From positions 4,154,001-4,218,000 of the forward strand of contig OZ024765.1 of NCBI GenBank assembly GCA_964016885.1: a stretch of DNA of 64,000 bases. Reading direction: 5' to 3'. Source of the stretch: Eledone cirrhosa. Lineage: Eukaryota. Below the pieces are notes generated by a model. The model did no database searches. It had not been told where the DNA came from and was given only the letters and a program-made list of their open reading frames with translations. The number at the start of each line of letters is the position of its first letter. Within the stretch, counting starts at the first letter, position 1. Shown piece by piece: positions 24,856 through 39,747 of this stretch. The position numbers and the translations under genes were made by a program.

Positions 24856-25150
24856 GTAGGTGTCACAACAAAAATCACCCAGTCCACACCATAAAGGGGT
24901 CAACCTGGAGTCACGATAAAAGCACCCAGTCTACACTGTAAAGTGGTCGTGTAAGCGTCATGACAAAAAGCATCCAGTACTCCCTGTAAATGAGGTTGGT
25001 GTTAGGAAGGGCATCCAGCTGTAGAAATCAACCCAAAATCATTTCTGTATGAGCAAGACATGGTCACCTGACCTAGCATTGCCCACAACAGGACAACTCA
25101 TCTAACCCATGCTAGCATGGAAAAATGGATGTAAAATGGTTATGATGATG

Positions 25151-25152
<2 letters not shown>
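24856..25152 (+). mobile_element. SINE family A variant with internal tandem units
   Basis: Repeated aaagcacccagtccacactgtaaagtggtc units, then ggaagggcatcc and an RTE-like tail. Confidence 0.75.
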
Positions 25153-25190
<38 letters not shown>

Positions 25191-25275
25191 CATACATATA
25201 TATATTTATATATACATGCATATATGTATGCAAAACATAAATAGAAAACAACAAAACAAACAATATTATACAATG

Positions 25276-25306
<31 letters not shown>

Positions 25307-25435
25307 TTAATCTTAGTTTTTTTCGAATATTAATAATAATATTCGATTTGTTTACAATTATGCAAACAGCCTCTTTTAAGCCATGTCAGTAGAATGACAC
25401 CGTAATTCCTGCTCTTCTATTGGCATGTAAACAGA

Positions 25436-25482
25436 ACCGCAGGCACTAATGTTTCTGGGTGATTACCCTTCATCAGTGCAGT
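25436..25482 (-). ncRNA. Decayed hammerhead ribozyme (P8)
   Basis: ACTGCA-CTGATGA-aGGGT aatc ACCCa-GAA-ACA ttag TGc-C-TGCGGT; U16.1 replaced by C; lies between ~50-bp direct repeats at ~25310 and ~25745. Confidence 0.6.
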
Positions 25483-25805
25483 TTACTGTTCACCTGCCAA
25501 CTGTCAGAGCTAGTGAAAATATATGATATTTTCTAAAATAGACTAATCAGCCTGATTTGCATATTAGCAGACTGTCTGATCAGTCAGATCTGCATATTAG
25601 CAGACCCACTGATCAGCCAGATTTGCATATCAGCAGACAGGCCAACCAGCCCGATGCATACGAGCAATTAATGGCCGGCTTTGCCATATTCAAATAACTA
25701 ACAAATAGTTTATCGCTCTACGTGGCTGAACACAATAAATATAATCTGAGTTTTTCGAATAATAATAATAATATTCGATTCGTTTGCAATTATGAAAAGT
25801 ACTTG

Positions 25806-25839
<34 letters not shown>

Positions 25840-26550
25840 TAGTTTAAAGTTTAACACTTGATATGGTAGGAATGTATACATACATATACATTAAAGTGTC
25901 ATTTAGACAGAACTAACCTCTGGAGTTCTATGAATGATATGGAATTATTTGGGGCGCAAGCTTTTGTAAAGTTTATTATGAACATTATAACATTACATAG
26001 TCAGTTTCTGTCATCTTTTGAGAAAGAATAAAGAGAGAGCTTCTCTTTGGAAGAATCTCTGGTAGATTATCAAATTACCTGAATCAATACTGAGAATTTA
26101 AGTGGCTAGGAGAGACTTGGGGAAAAAGCAAAATATAGGGATAATTTCATTATCTCTCTGGTTAGCATTTTCCACAGATATAATGAGAAAAGAAGCTACA
26201 CACTAGAATGCATTAGAAGATTGTTAAGTGAAATACCATGACCTTCTAGATTGGTTGATGTCAAACAATTTCAGATATTTCTTGGGAGACATCTCGTTTC
26301 AGCTGATTTATTTTATATGGCAGTGCACCAGCATGGCCTCAGTATGTTGGCTGAAATATGTATCAAAGTAATATGAGGTTTGTTAGAAAAGAAACAAGAA
26401 TGGGGTCCCCAAAAAAACATAGTTCAAATCCAGATTACAAACTGCCCCAGCATGGCCTCAGCCTGTTGGCTGAAACATGAAATGGAGTAATATGAGGTGT
26501 GTCAGAAAAGAAACGAGACTGGGGTCACAAAAAACATATTTCAAATCTAA

Positions 26551-26890
26551 CCCTTTAACATTTACATTACTCTATATTTACTATTGAATTTTTGTGGTAA
26601 AAGCTTTATCTTACATAATTATCTCACATAATATCGAATCTATGAAATTTTGATATTTATTTTGAGAACAATACCTTAGCATTATTATGAATGGATATCA
26701 GTGGATTGGCAGTATCGGTAGAGGGTCGGACACCATGCTTTGACACATGGAGTTACGGCCCTTGCCATTCTGAGTTCAAATCCCGCCGAGGTTAACTTTG
26801 CCTTTCATCCTTACGGGGTCGATAAAATAAAGTACTAGTAATTCACTGGGGGTAATTGCTGATCTTGTGCCAAAAGTAGAACAATTATTT
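26551..26890 (+). mobile_element. Partial piggyBac-like MITE followed by SINE B
   Basis: ccctttaacatttacattactc end (26551-26697), then SINE B at 26698-26890. Confidence 0.7.
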
Positions 26891-27469
26891 ATTCAAAGTA
26901 ATCCAACAATCCAACTTATTTTACTAACAGAATTAAAAAATTATAAAATGGACACTGTCCCGCACTCTTCCCTTTATTATATTATAGATGGTGACACAAT
27001 CTGTTAACCCCTTCCCCACTCATAGCTCACACAGCACACTAAGACCTGTTACTTTTCTGAGACACCTCATATATCTGATGTGTTTTTGTTTCATGGATAT
27101 TTGCAAACAAAAGAAATACAACTTTCTCCCATAATAGCAGGTGGGGAGGGGGGGGGGGGTCTTTGAGCAAGGGAGAGTAATGCCTTATAGTGAATATAAT
27201 TGCATAAATAGGGACAACTAATTTGTAATATAGTACATAAATGTGAGGTTAGTACCCCTTCCACTATTATGGCGTTTATAGAATTAACAACCAATAAGTT
27301 CAAAGTAAGATAACATATACATAAGTATTTGTTTTGAAATCCAGTTAGAAGGAACATGGCTTCATTATCTGACTATATCTGGAACATGAAAACTTATACA
27401 GGTAATATGGCTTACATTGGCAAAAGCTAGAACTTATAAGGGTAATAGAAAACTTTGTCTATATGCTTC

Positions 27470-28231
<762 letters not shown>

Positions 28232-28245
28232 ATATATATATATAT

Positions 28246-28423
28246 AAGGTAGGTTCTCAAAGGTGGGGTGGGGTCGTGAGGTGACCACAGTTAAAGAAGG
28301 TACTCAATACAGTGGTAGAGTATAAGCATCTTTATCTAATATAGAAATGACATCTATTGGACTGGAATATTTTCATTGATATGAAATAGTTCTAGTCTTG
28401 TAGACATTATTTCTACATAAAAT
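28246..28423. mobile_element. Diverged P2-related fold-back
   Basis: gaggtgaccacag..aaggtactcaatac tail as at 11850-11890; gaaatagttctagtcttgta HHR 3' half in an imperfect hairpin. Confidence 0.6.
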
Positions 28424-28613
28424 AATTGTTCTACTTTTGGCACAAGGCCAGCTATTATCTCAGTGCATTACTGGTACTTCATTTTATCAACCCCCGTAAG
28501 GATGAAAGGCAAAGTTAACCTCGGTGGGATTTGAACTCAGACAGTAAAAGACCATAACTCTATGCTGCAAAGCATGGTGTCCGACCCTCTACCGATACTG
28601 CCAATCCACTGCC
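28424..28613 (-). mobile_element. SINE family B
   Basis: Head and body present. Confidence 0.85.
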
Positions 28614-29303
28614 TTTTCTATATAAAATAATTATATATATATGTGCGTGTGTGCATGTTTGTGTGTGTGTGTATATATATGTATATATATATATATATAT
28701 ATATTTAGTGTTTATGTGTATTTTGTCTATGTTTGAGTCTATGTTTATGGCCTATAATTTAGCAGACCAATAAACAGTTATTGGTAAAAAATAAATACTG
28801 GAATCGATGTGATTGACTAAATTAGTGGCAGCAGATTACCGAACATGGCCTCAGTCACATGACTGGAAAAGTTTAAAGAATAAAACAGTAGTCATTCCAT
28901 CTACACCTCTTCCTCCATCTCAGAATTTCACTTTCGAACTATCCATCCCACCCCCTTTATACTATCACCTTCACTTCTTCTTTTGCCTCCTACTTCCACT
29001 ATCAAATTGTACCCCCCCTTCCACTACCATCTACACCCCTTTCACTACCTCTTCCCTCACCTCCTACTTTCACTATCGAAATGTCCTCTCCTCCTTCCAC
29101 TACAAACCTTACCTCTTCCCTCGCCTCCTACTTTCTTCACTTTCAAAATATCACAGTTTAAATAATACCATTATCTGTTTCAGTGAATTTTTTTTTCTTC
29201 CATAATCAAAACTTTTTCTCCATTATCGATGCTTTTGTTTTTGATATTGTTTTTATTTAATTTCCTCAAATTTTCTTTAGTTTTACTATTTATGTTGTTT
29301 GCT

Positions 29304-29650
29304 ATCATCATCATCATCGCCGTTTTACGTCCGTTCTTCTACGCTAGCATGGGTTAGAGGGGTTGTCCTGTTGTGGGCAATGCTAGGTCAGGTGACCATG
29401 TCTTGCTCATAAAGACTGATTTTGGCTTGATTTCTACAGCTGGATGCCCTTCCTAACACCAACCTCATTTACAGTGAGTACTGGGTGCTTTTTACCATGG
29501 CGCCTACATGACCACTTTACAGTGTGGACTGGGTGCTTTTTGCGTGACACCTACACAACCACTTTACAGTGTGGACTGGATGCTTTTTACCATGGCGACT
29601 ACACGACCACTTTACAGTGTGGACTGGGTGCTTTTTACCATGGCACCTAC
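29304..29650 (-). mobile_element. SINE family A variant with ~48-bp internal tandem array
   Basis: About four ctgggtgctttt..accactttacagtgtgga units. Confidence 0.8.
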
Positions 29651-29702
29651 AGACATACTATATATATATATGCACACAGACACACTACATATATATATAT
29701 AC

Positions 29703-29860
<158 letters not shown>

Positions 29861-29916
29861 TACATATATATATATATATATAGTGTATATATATATATAT
29901 ATATATGTAGTGTGTG

Positions 29917-29956
<40 letters not shown>

Positions 29957-30116
29957 TATTTATATGTATATATATATATGTATATATGTATATATATATA
30001 TGTAGTGTGTCTGTGTATATATATATATATAGTATGTCTGTGTATATATATTTATATATATGTGTGTCTGTATATATATATATAGATAGATAGATGCACA
30101 CACTTACACACGTTTG

Positions 30117-30149
<33 letters not shown>

Positions 30150-30311
30150 GTGTGTGTAGTGAATATATACAAGAGAAATCTTTCCTGTAAAAAAGACTGC
30201 CATGACCTCGTAATCAAGACTACACAAAATGAATTATAAATTCTTGTATCCTCTCAACATAAGGTCACCTTAATATTACTATACAGAGAAGCTGCTAAAC
30301 ATATTAACTTA

Positions 30312-30479
30312 CCATATTTCCTGGCACCAAAGACGCTTTGTCCTCGAGGACACACTCTAATTTTGACAACCAAAAATTTGCAAAAAAATAATAAACAACC
30401 TTTGACCTCCAGGACACACGGTAGATCTTTGAGACTTATTTTAGGGAAAATGTAGCATCTTCGACGCCAAGAAATACGG
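30312..30479. mobile_element. pogo/Tc2-like MITE
   Basis: TA|CCaTATTTC..GAAATACGG|TA; inverted homologue at 56133-56287. Confidence 0.8.
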
Positions 30480-30649
30480 TAATTCTTCTACTTCTTTTCG
30501 TATCTTCGAAGCATGTGGTTACATGACAGTTTGGTGGTTGAAAAAAATGTTAGTTTAATAAAAAAATGACAGAGTTACAAAAACAATTAGTGTTATTAGG
30601 TTCAGGTATGTTAGTCCTTCATCAGGAGAGGACAAGTAGATAGATTATA

Positions 30650-30697
<48 letters not shown>

Positions 30698-30845
30698 TGT
30701 GTATGTGCATGTGTGTGTATGTGTGTGTGTATGTGTGTGTGTATATATATATATCCGTCTCGGTGGCCTATTGGTAGGTGTTAGAGATGACGAAGATCTT
30801 GGTCTCGAGTTCAATCTTGCCCAGGCACTACAAAGTATTTTTTAT

Positions 30846-31177
30846 GGAGGCACATGGCTTAGTGGTTAGAGCATTGGCCTTGCAATCGAAAGGTTGTGAG
30901 TTCAATTCTCAGACCGGGTGATGTGTTGTTTCCTTCAGCAAGACACTTTATTTCACATTGCTCCAGTTTACTCAGCTGTAGAAATGAGATGATAGGGACT
31001 GGGGTCCCTATCATTCCACTGTAAAGTGGTCGTGGAGGTGCCACGGCAAAAAAGCACCCAGCACTCACTGTAAATGAGGTTGGTGTTAGGAAGGGCATCC
31101 AGCTGTAGAAATCAAGCCAGAATCAGTTCCCATCCCACCCTTGCAAGCAGGGAAAAGTGGATGTAAAAGGAAATGAT
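30846..31177 (+). mobile_element. SINE family A, full length
   Basis: As other family A copies. Confidence 0.92.
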
Positions 31178-31213
31178 ATACATATATATTTTTTCGTTTG
31201 ACAAGCGACTCAC

Positions 31214-31320
31214 CCGCTGACGGTTCCTTTTTCCGAAAACAGAGTCGGGGAGGGAGGCAAACCCTCGGAGTTACAGATAAGCACTTCTCAGCCGTTTAAA
31301 TTTATGGCGCCGTTTTCGAA
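31214..31320 (-). promoter_or_regulatory. CpG-rich island ending in a strong splice donor; candidate first exon
   Basis: Unique CpG-enriched segment; minus-strand CGG|GTGAGT at 31214/31213. Confidence 0.3.
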
Positions 31321-31461
31321 AAAAAAGGAGTCTTTGGCCAGTTACAGCCAGTTTCAACAGAAAGAGGTAGAGAATTCTGGCCGGTTTCAACACTAAAGGG
31401 TTAACATATCTAGTTGTATTGTCACGATCGACAATACAACTAGATATGTTCTGTAATAGGG

Positions 31462-32460
31462 ATGACCACAACAACAACATTAACAACATTAACAACAACA
31501 ACAACAACAACGAAGACAATAACAATATCATCAACAATAACTACAAGAAAAAATAACGTCACCACAACAAAAAACATCGACAACAACAAAGACTATAACA
31601 TCATCAACATCAACATCATCACCACCATCACCATCACCATGTTCATCATCACCACCATCATCACCATTATCATCATCATCATCACCATCACCATCAACAT
31701 CATCATCATCACCACCAACATCATCACCATCATCATCACCGCCAACATCATCACCATCACCATCAACATCAACATCATCATCACCACCAACATCATCATC
31801 ATCATCATCATCAACATCATCATCATCATCATCACCACCATCATCATCATCACCAACATCATCATCATCATCATCACCATCACCATCATCACCACCAACA
31901 TCATCACCATCAACATCAACATCATCATCACCACCAACATCATCATCATCATCACCAACATCATCATCATCAACATCACCATCATCATCACCACCATCAT
32001 CATCATCACCAACATCATCATCATCACCATCACCATCAACATCACCATCACCAACATCATCACCATCATCATCACCGCCAACATCATCACCATCAACATC
32101 AACATCATCATCACCACCAACATCATCATCATCATCACCAACATCATCATCATCAACATCACCACCATCATCATCATCACCAACATCATCATCATCACCA
32201 TCACCATCAACATCACCATCATCATCATCACCACCACCAACATCATCACCATCATCATCAACAACAACACCATCAATATCATCACCACCACCATCACCAC
32301 CACCAACATCATCATCATTACCATCATCACCACCAACATCATCATCACCACCAACATCATCATCATCATCACCATCATCACCATCAATATCATCACCATC
32401 ATCATCAACAACAACACCATTAACAACACCATCAACATCATCACCATCATCAACAACAAC
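31462..32460. repeat. (ATC/ACC/AAC)n trinucleotide tract
   Basis: 1-kb degenerate trinucleotide array that explains three overlapping ORFs. Confidence 0.95.
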
Positions 32461-32937
32461 TATCCATATAGTTTCGCTGCTCCCTTGTTGGCTGATCAAT
32501 ATTGATTTATTTCAACTAATCACCATCACAGCTGTATGATTGATTGACTCTGATCAAAGCCCCGGGGGAAGCAATAGACCCTGACATTGATACAATTCTA
32601 GATTAGCCACCGGATAATAACACACTATAACATATTACAATCACATCTTCTCATATCTACTACTTGGATATATATATATACATATATATATGTGTGTGTG
32701 TGTATGTATGTATGTGTGTGTGTATATATATATATGTGTGTGTGTGTGTATGTATATATATATATATATATAAATATAAATATATATAAATATATATATA
32801 TATATAAATATATATAAATATATATTTATATAAATATACAATATATAGAGAAACACACAGATACATGAATATATCCACATCCATCCTTGAGTTAATGGTG
32901 CCGACCATATATAAATATATATATATATATATATATC

Positions 32938-33025
<88 letters not shown>

Positions 33026-33042
33026 AATATAGATATATATAA

Positions 33043-33121
<79 letters not shown>

Positions 33122-33186
33122 AATATATATATATAAATATATATATATAAATATATATATAAATATATATATAAATATATAAATAT

Positions 33187-33241
<55 letters not shown>

Positions 33242-33351
33242 AATATATATATATGAATATATATATATATAAATATATATATATATAAATAAATATATAA
33301 ATATATAAATATATAAATATATAAATACATAAATATATAAATATATACACA

Positions 33352-33423
33352 AACTAAGCTCATAATACTAGAACTGTTTCATTCTTTAGAAATCATCAGG
33401 AATCACAATCCTGATGATTTCTA
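33352..33423 (-). mobile_element. Tiny P2 fold-back with HHR core
   Basis: tagaaatcatcagga atcacaa tcctgatgatttcta; the minus strand has CTGATGA..GAAACAGTTCTAG but a truncated 3' end. Confidence 0.65.
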
Positions 33424-33455
33424 TTTATATATATATGTATATCTATATATATATA

Positions 33456-33515
<60 letters not shown>

Positions 33516-33859
33516 GATGATGATGATGATATATTATGTATATGCAAGCAGGGAAAAGCGGACGTAAAATGATGATAAATATATAAAAATATATGTGTGT
33601 GTATATATATATAATTGCTCTTTATCTCTTTATGTATTTATATTGGAAATAATGCATAAGAATAGAAATATTAATGTGTTTATATATATATATATATGTA
33701 GATGTATGTGTGTATATATGTAGATACACTGTATATATATATGTGTGTTTATGTGTATATATATATATATATGTGCACGCATACACATATATATATATAT
33801 TTATATAGATATGTGCCTTTATATCATCTGAGCATTGACCCAAGATATTAGTTATGATC

Positions 33860-34575
33860 ACAAGTAAGACCATTCTTTAGAGAGTTTCTATGTTAAGACA
33901 CCATCTATGACCAGTTTTTAGCAACTGTTTATGTTATGCTCCTATGTAAGATCAATCTTTAGATAGCTTCTGTATTATGATCTCATGTAAGACCATTCTT
34001 TAGATAGCTTCTGTATTATTATCTTACATAAGACTAGTCTTAGATATTTTCTGTATTATGATCTCACATAAGACCAGTCTTTAGCAACTGTCGATGTTAT
34101 GACCCACTATAAGACCAGTCTTTAGCACCTGCCTGTGTTATTACTTAATTCATGACCAGTCTTTAGCAACTGTCTGTGTTATGACTCAGTATAAGACCAG
34201 TCTTTAGCAACTGCCTGTGTTATGACTCAATATAAGACCAGTCTTTAGCAACTGCCTGTGTTATGACTCAATATAAGACCAGTCTTTAGCAACTGCCTGT
34301 GTTATGACTCAATATAAGACCAGTCTTTAGCAACTGCCTGTGTTATGACTCAATATAAGACCAGTCTTTAGCAACTGCCTGTGTTATGACTCAATATAAG
34401 ACCAGTCTTTAGCACCTGCCTGTGTTATTACTCAATATAAGACCAGTCTTTAACAACTGCCTGTGTTATGACTCAATATAAGACCAGTCTTTAGCAACTG
34501 CCTGTGTTATGACTCAATATAAGACCAGTCTTTAGCAACTGCCTGTGTTATGACTCAATATAAGACCAGTCTTTA
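33860..34575. repeat. 41-bp minisatellite
   Basis: taagaccagtctttagcaactgcctgtgttatgactcaata; homogeneous on the right, diverged on the left. Confidence 0.95.
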
Positions 34576-35572
34576 GAGCGTCAGACAAATTACTTTTATA
34601 GTATTTGTTCTGACTCTTTACATTCCAGTCTCAAATTCCAGCAAGGTCAACTTTGCCTTTCATCCATGCGGGGTCAATAAAATAAAGTACCAGTAATGCA
34701 CTGGGTTCGATTAAATTACCTTTTCCCTCCCCTAAAATTGATGACCTTGTGCCTAAATCAGAAACCTTTATTATAGTCACTTGCATTGGGATGACTACAT
34801 TTCAAATTACCTCCCAAATCTTCATAAATCAACATGGATGCTCATGTTATACCAAACTTGATTTATTAGTTTTGATATTACTACCATCACCGCACAGCTC
34901 TGCTATTTGCTATATTTCTTAAGTTAATTAAATTATAAACACCTGAATTTTAAACTAGACATACCTCAATTTCAGCAAACCCAGCAGTGAATTTACCACC
35001 TTCCACTTAAACGGAAACCAGGTTTGGGCAGCCAAGTTTGTCAAAAATCTGTTGAAATGTTGAAACACATGACTTCCTTGATCAGGTAGGTCTTGCTTTA
35101 AAATCTATACTAGTTACACTTTCACATTTACTTTTAACATCCTGATGTTATTACATTGAGCTATTCATCTTACTGGTAATAAGGTAGTAATAAATTACTG
35201 ACCTTCACTGCTTAGGGTTTAAAATATATATAACTATAAAAAGTTTTAATATATACATAACCATAAATAGTATCCTTAATATTATATATATTTATATATA
35301 TATATTTATTAAAATAACAGATTAAAGTTTAAGCAAAGAATCGCTGCTTTCACCCTTAATGGGATCTTCTGAAACTAAATTTTGATATATATTTTTCCTT
35401 ATCGAGCTCTCTTTGGATTTTAGTCTTCAAATTTATTATTATTACTATATATTGCGCAAGAGGTACCGATTATTTACAAGGGCAGTAGCCCAGCATAACC
35501 TCAGCCGGATGGCTGGAGCAGGTAAAAGAGTAAAAGAATATATACACACATATATATATATATATATACATA

Positions 35573-35634
<62 letters not shown>

Positions 35635-36059
35635 GTGATGCAGTTGTAATGTTGTTTTTGTACTTTTCAAAAATACCTTGTAATGTGGATTTATGTGGTT
35701 TGTTAATTCAAATGTTTATAGTTTGTAAAGTTTTAGACAAATCATTGTAAACATTTACAGACATGAATTTTTAATGTGATGCAATAATTTCCAAGAAAAT
35801 CTTGATAATGTGGTTTGTTTTTTCAAATGTTTATAGTAGTTTTATTTTTAGACACTGTTGTGGAAATTTGCAGTATTACAGTAAAGATTTTAATATTTAA
35901 TGTGATGTAGTCATAGTGTTGTTTTATACTAAATGTTTATAGGATCTTTAGTGGACAGATCGTTGTGAAAATTTACAGTATTAGAATAAAAATTTAATAT
36001 TTAATGTGATGTAGTCATAGTGGTGTTTTGAATTTTACAACAACGCCTTACTAATGTGC

Positions 36060-36810
36060 CAGATATATACAACTGTGGTCAAAATGTCCCTTCTACAATG
36101 TACCTGTTTTAGTTTCAACACAGTTTCAGATCAAGTCATCTGCTAGACATGTACAACTGTGACTGAAATGACTCTTTCACAATTTAATTACTTCAGTTTC
36201 AACACAGTCTGAGCTCAAGTCACTGTAACTGTTTTAATTTCAACCCAGAGTCTCAGATCATGCCACTTACAAGACATGTACAACTGTGGCTAAAATAACT
36301 CTTCCATGATACAATTGTTTTAGTTTCAACACCCCACAGTCTCAGATCAAGTCTTTCTACCAGACATGTACAACTGTGGCTAAAATTGGTTTCAACACAG
36401 TCTCAGATCAAGTCATCTGCTAGACATGTACAACTGAGGCTAAAATTGGTTTCAACACAGTCTCAGATCAAGTCATCTGCTAGACATGTACAACTGTGGC
36501 TAAAATGATTCTCCACGGTGTAATTATTTTAGTTTCAACACAACCTCAGATCAAGTCACTTGCCAGAAATGTACAACTGTGGCTAAAATGATTCTCCACG
36601 GTGTAATTATTTTAGTTTCAACACAACCTCAGATCAAGTCACTTGCCAGAAATGTACAACTGTGGCTAAAATGATTCTCCACGGTGTAATTATTTTAGTT
36701 TCAACACCTCACAACCTCAGATCAAGTCATCTGCCAGACATGTACAACTGAGGCTAAAATGACTTTCCAGTCTCAGATCAATTCACTTGTTAGCCAAGTA
36801 CAACTGTGGA
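36060..36810. repeat. 60-80-bp variable minisatellite
   Basis: gacatgtacaactgtggctaaaat..tttcaacacagtctcagatcaagtca units. Confidence 0.9.
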
Positions 36811-37362
36811 AATGTAAAAGCCACATTAACAGGAGTAGAAATTAAACATTAAATGTGTTGCAATACAATAACAGAGAGTTGTGTAAAAAGAAAGGAAAGA
36901 AGATAAAAAGAAACTAGATGAAATGAATTATGTTCTTTGTCACGGATTTGTTGAAGAGAGTATTTAGTTTTTCAGTGTTATCTACAGAAATAGCCGTAAG
37001 CTATATCATAATCAGCATTTTCATTGTCATCATCATCACCATCATGAACACCACCTCTATCATCATCATCATCATCATCATCAGTAGCAGCAGCTGCCTC
37101 ATCACCATCACCATCACCATTAACACAAACAACATCATTTCCATCACCATCAGCCTCCCCACCACCATCATCACCATCATCGTCAGCCTCACCACCACCA
37201 TCATCAGCCTCACCACCACCACCACCACCACCACCACCACCACCACCACCATCATCACCATCATCATCATCATCATCATGTCTTGAAGGAATTTCTTATT
37301 CACATCATGAAAGTGTTCTTTGTTAATTATGCGAAAAATAAATAAATACAAAATAATTATTA

Positions 37363-37560
37363 TCTATATAATACTAAAACTCTGTGAATGCTTGCTTGCT
37401 TGTCTGTAATGTAATACAGACAAAATGGTGCATGATGGGAAAATACTTCGAAAGGAAGTTGACCCTGAAATGGGAATACAAATGGAATAAAATAAGTTTC
37501 GCGTAAATTGAAGCATGGGTTCCTGAGATATGGAGGTACCCTGGGTACCTTCGTAAACAG
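37363..37560 (+). mobile_element. Possible Helitron 5' end
   Basis: A|TCTATATAATACTAAAA start followed by gcttgcttgcttgtctgt; no 3' end found. Confidence 0.35.
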
Positions 37561-37787
37561 AGAGAGAGAAAGGTAGAGAGAGAGTAGATTGAAAGAGAGA
37601 CATAGAGAGGGGGAGAGGAGACAGAGAAGGAGATTGGAAGAGAGAGAGAGAGGGGGAGAGGAGACAGAGAAGGAGATTGGAAGAGAGAGAGAGAGCTGGT
37701 GGTGTTGTGTGTATATATATATATATATGTGAGTGTGTGTGTGTGTGTGTGTCTATGACCAGTGTGTATAGATCACAGACACCCACA

Positions 37788-37829
<42 letters not shown>

Positions 37830-37954
37830 CAAACACACACATACATATATATATATATACAAACACACACATATATATATATACATATACACACGTATAT
37901 ATATGGTCCTTCTAGTTACATTTCACATTATATGTCTGTGTAGATTTTAATTAT

Positions 37955-38160
37955 TTAAAAAACACACGCACCTGTTGGTTTTCACTTCAATTTATTACAA
38001 GTTTCCAGTTGGTTTGATAACTGGAAGGTTATCAATATATTGTCAAAGCTCTTTCATCACACATTCTGTGACCTCAGTGACTGAATTTTTATTGTGTGTC
38101 TCTCCTTTGGTGTAGGACAGAACAAAGGAGAGACACACAAAATAAAAACCTAGTCACTAA
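37955..38160 (-). mobile_element. Diverged P1 copy; HHR core partly deleted; terminal hairpin
   Basis: Homologous to 780-975; HHR remnant 38042-38081; short inversion at ~38078-38158. Confidence 0.65.
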
Positions 38161-38301
38161 AATTATACTATTCCCTTGTAATCTATGTCGCATCCATTCC
38201 ACTCTGTAAATACGAAACTGTTGTTGACAACATTAATATCCATGTATCTATATGATTGTTCAGTTGAGTAGGAGGTTAATTATATGTACAAACATTGCTA
38301 G

Positions 38302-38344
38302 TGCTGTGATGATTCCAAACGATAGTTTGGAAGAAACGTCAGCA
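38302..38344 (+). ncRNA. Minimal hammerhead ribozyme (P9), C3 mutated to G
   Basis: TGCT-gTGATGA-TTCCAAAC gata GTTTGGAA-GAAACGTC-AGCA; loopless palindromic stem III. Confidence 0.65.
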
Positions 38345-38598
38345 ATAAAATAATTTGAACATAGTTTTGATTATTGTGTAATTTATATATATATATATAT
38401 ATATATAAGGCTCTATTGATTCTTCCCTGGATTTCACTAAATTCTGTTGGATGAATCTATATCCTGATTCTTTTTGAGTTGAGTTTGAATTATTTTTCCC
38501 ACATCTTACATTAACTATTTTTCCCATTTTGACGCTATAGTTACTTATATATTATGGAATACTGTTGGCTTTTTGCTACAATATTTTCTATACCTTTC

Positions 38599-38634
<36 letters not shown>

Positions 38635-39056
38635 TAGTTGATGAAAGTTGGGTGATCAAAAATCTGCCGACTATTTTGTAAACCGATGTGGAGCACCCAC
38701 AGTTTGTATTCCTTAGGATTTTCTCTGTAAGGTGTCGCAAAGATGGGTGGAGGTGTTAAGAGTTGATCTGAGGTGATGACAAAGGAAGGAAACATATGGA
38801 GATATGGTGTACAGATGTAAAACAGGTGTAAAGGAATGTTGAATGTGATGATATATATATATATATATATAAAAAAAAACAAGAAGTGTAAGTCAACAGG
38901 GTAAAATTAGCTTGGAATAAATAAAGTTAATTTTAACGTGTTGACTTACACTTCTTGTTTTTACATTATTCCGGAGTAAACAGACCCACCTGCGCACTTT
39001 GTTGAGTGTTCTAACCTGCATACTGAGGTGTCGGTAAACAGCCAACACATACTCAA

Positions 39057-39118
<62 letters not shown>

Positions 39119-39134
39119 TCTTGTAATCTATTAT

Positions 39135-39199
39135 ATTTTATTATAGATATTTCAGAGGTAGTGAGTTAAGTTCAACAGTACGTCCTCATCAGATAAAAT
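39135..39199 (-). ncRNA. Minimal type I hammerhead ribozyme (left arm)
   Basis: ATTTTAT-CTGATGA-stem II-GAA-ATA tc TAT-A-ATAAAAT. Confidence 0.75.
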
Positions 39200-39220
39200 A
39201 AAATAAAATAAAATCATTTT

Positions 39221-39285
39221 ATTTTATCTGATGAGGACGTACTTTTGAACTTAACTCAGTACCTCTGAAATATGTATAATAAAAT
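39221..39285 (+). ncRNA. Minimal type I hammerhead ribozyme (right arm)
   Basis: ATTTTAT-CTGATGA-GGAcGTACT..AGTACcTCT-GAA-ATA tg TAT-A-ATAAAAT. Confidence 0.8.
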
Positions 39286-39681
39286 ATAATTGATCACAAG
39301 AATATCTTTTTTGTTAATATTTTGAATTAATGTTAATAACTCTGGAAAACCTTGTGTGTTGAGTGCTTCCAATCTATTGTAAAACTCATTCTTTGATGTA
39401 TTCATAGAACCTTGTTTAACTTTTAAATATATATATATACATACATATCTCTTTCTCTCTCTCTATATATATATAACATGCATATATAAGTATGTATATA
39501 TATATATATATATATATGCAGAGGTTATATTTAATTTGTTGGGTTACAACAAGCTTAAAAATGTTTATATATATATTTATATATATATATATATTTATAT
39601 AAATATATATATATATATATAAATAAATAAATATATAAATATAAATATATATAAATATATATATATATAAATATATATATG

Positions 39682-39747
<66 letters not shown>

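Larger units (their letters stand above)
39114..39415. mobile_element. Fold-back PLE-like insert with two head-to-head HHRs (P4-related)
   Basis: Inverted repeat ~39116-39304, ~110-nt tail containing gttgagtgct. Confidence 0.8.

Noticed and set aside
30595-30630. Minus-strand CTGATGA as an HHR core
   Set aside because: No closing stem II or GAAA.
31462-32505. Long Ile/Thr-, Asp/Gly- and Met/Val-rich ORFs
   Set aside because: All arise from one trinucleotide array open in several frames; no unique domain or clear splice support.
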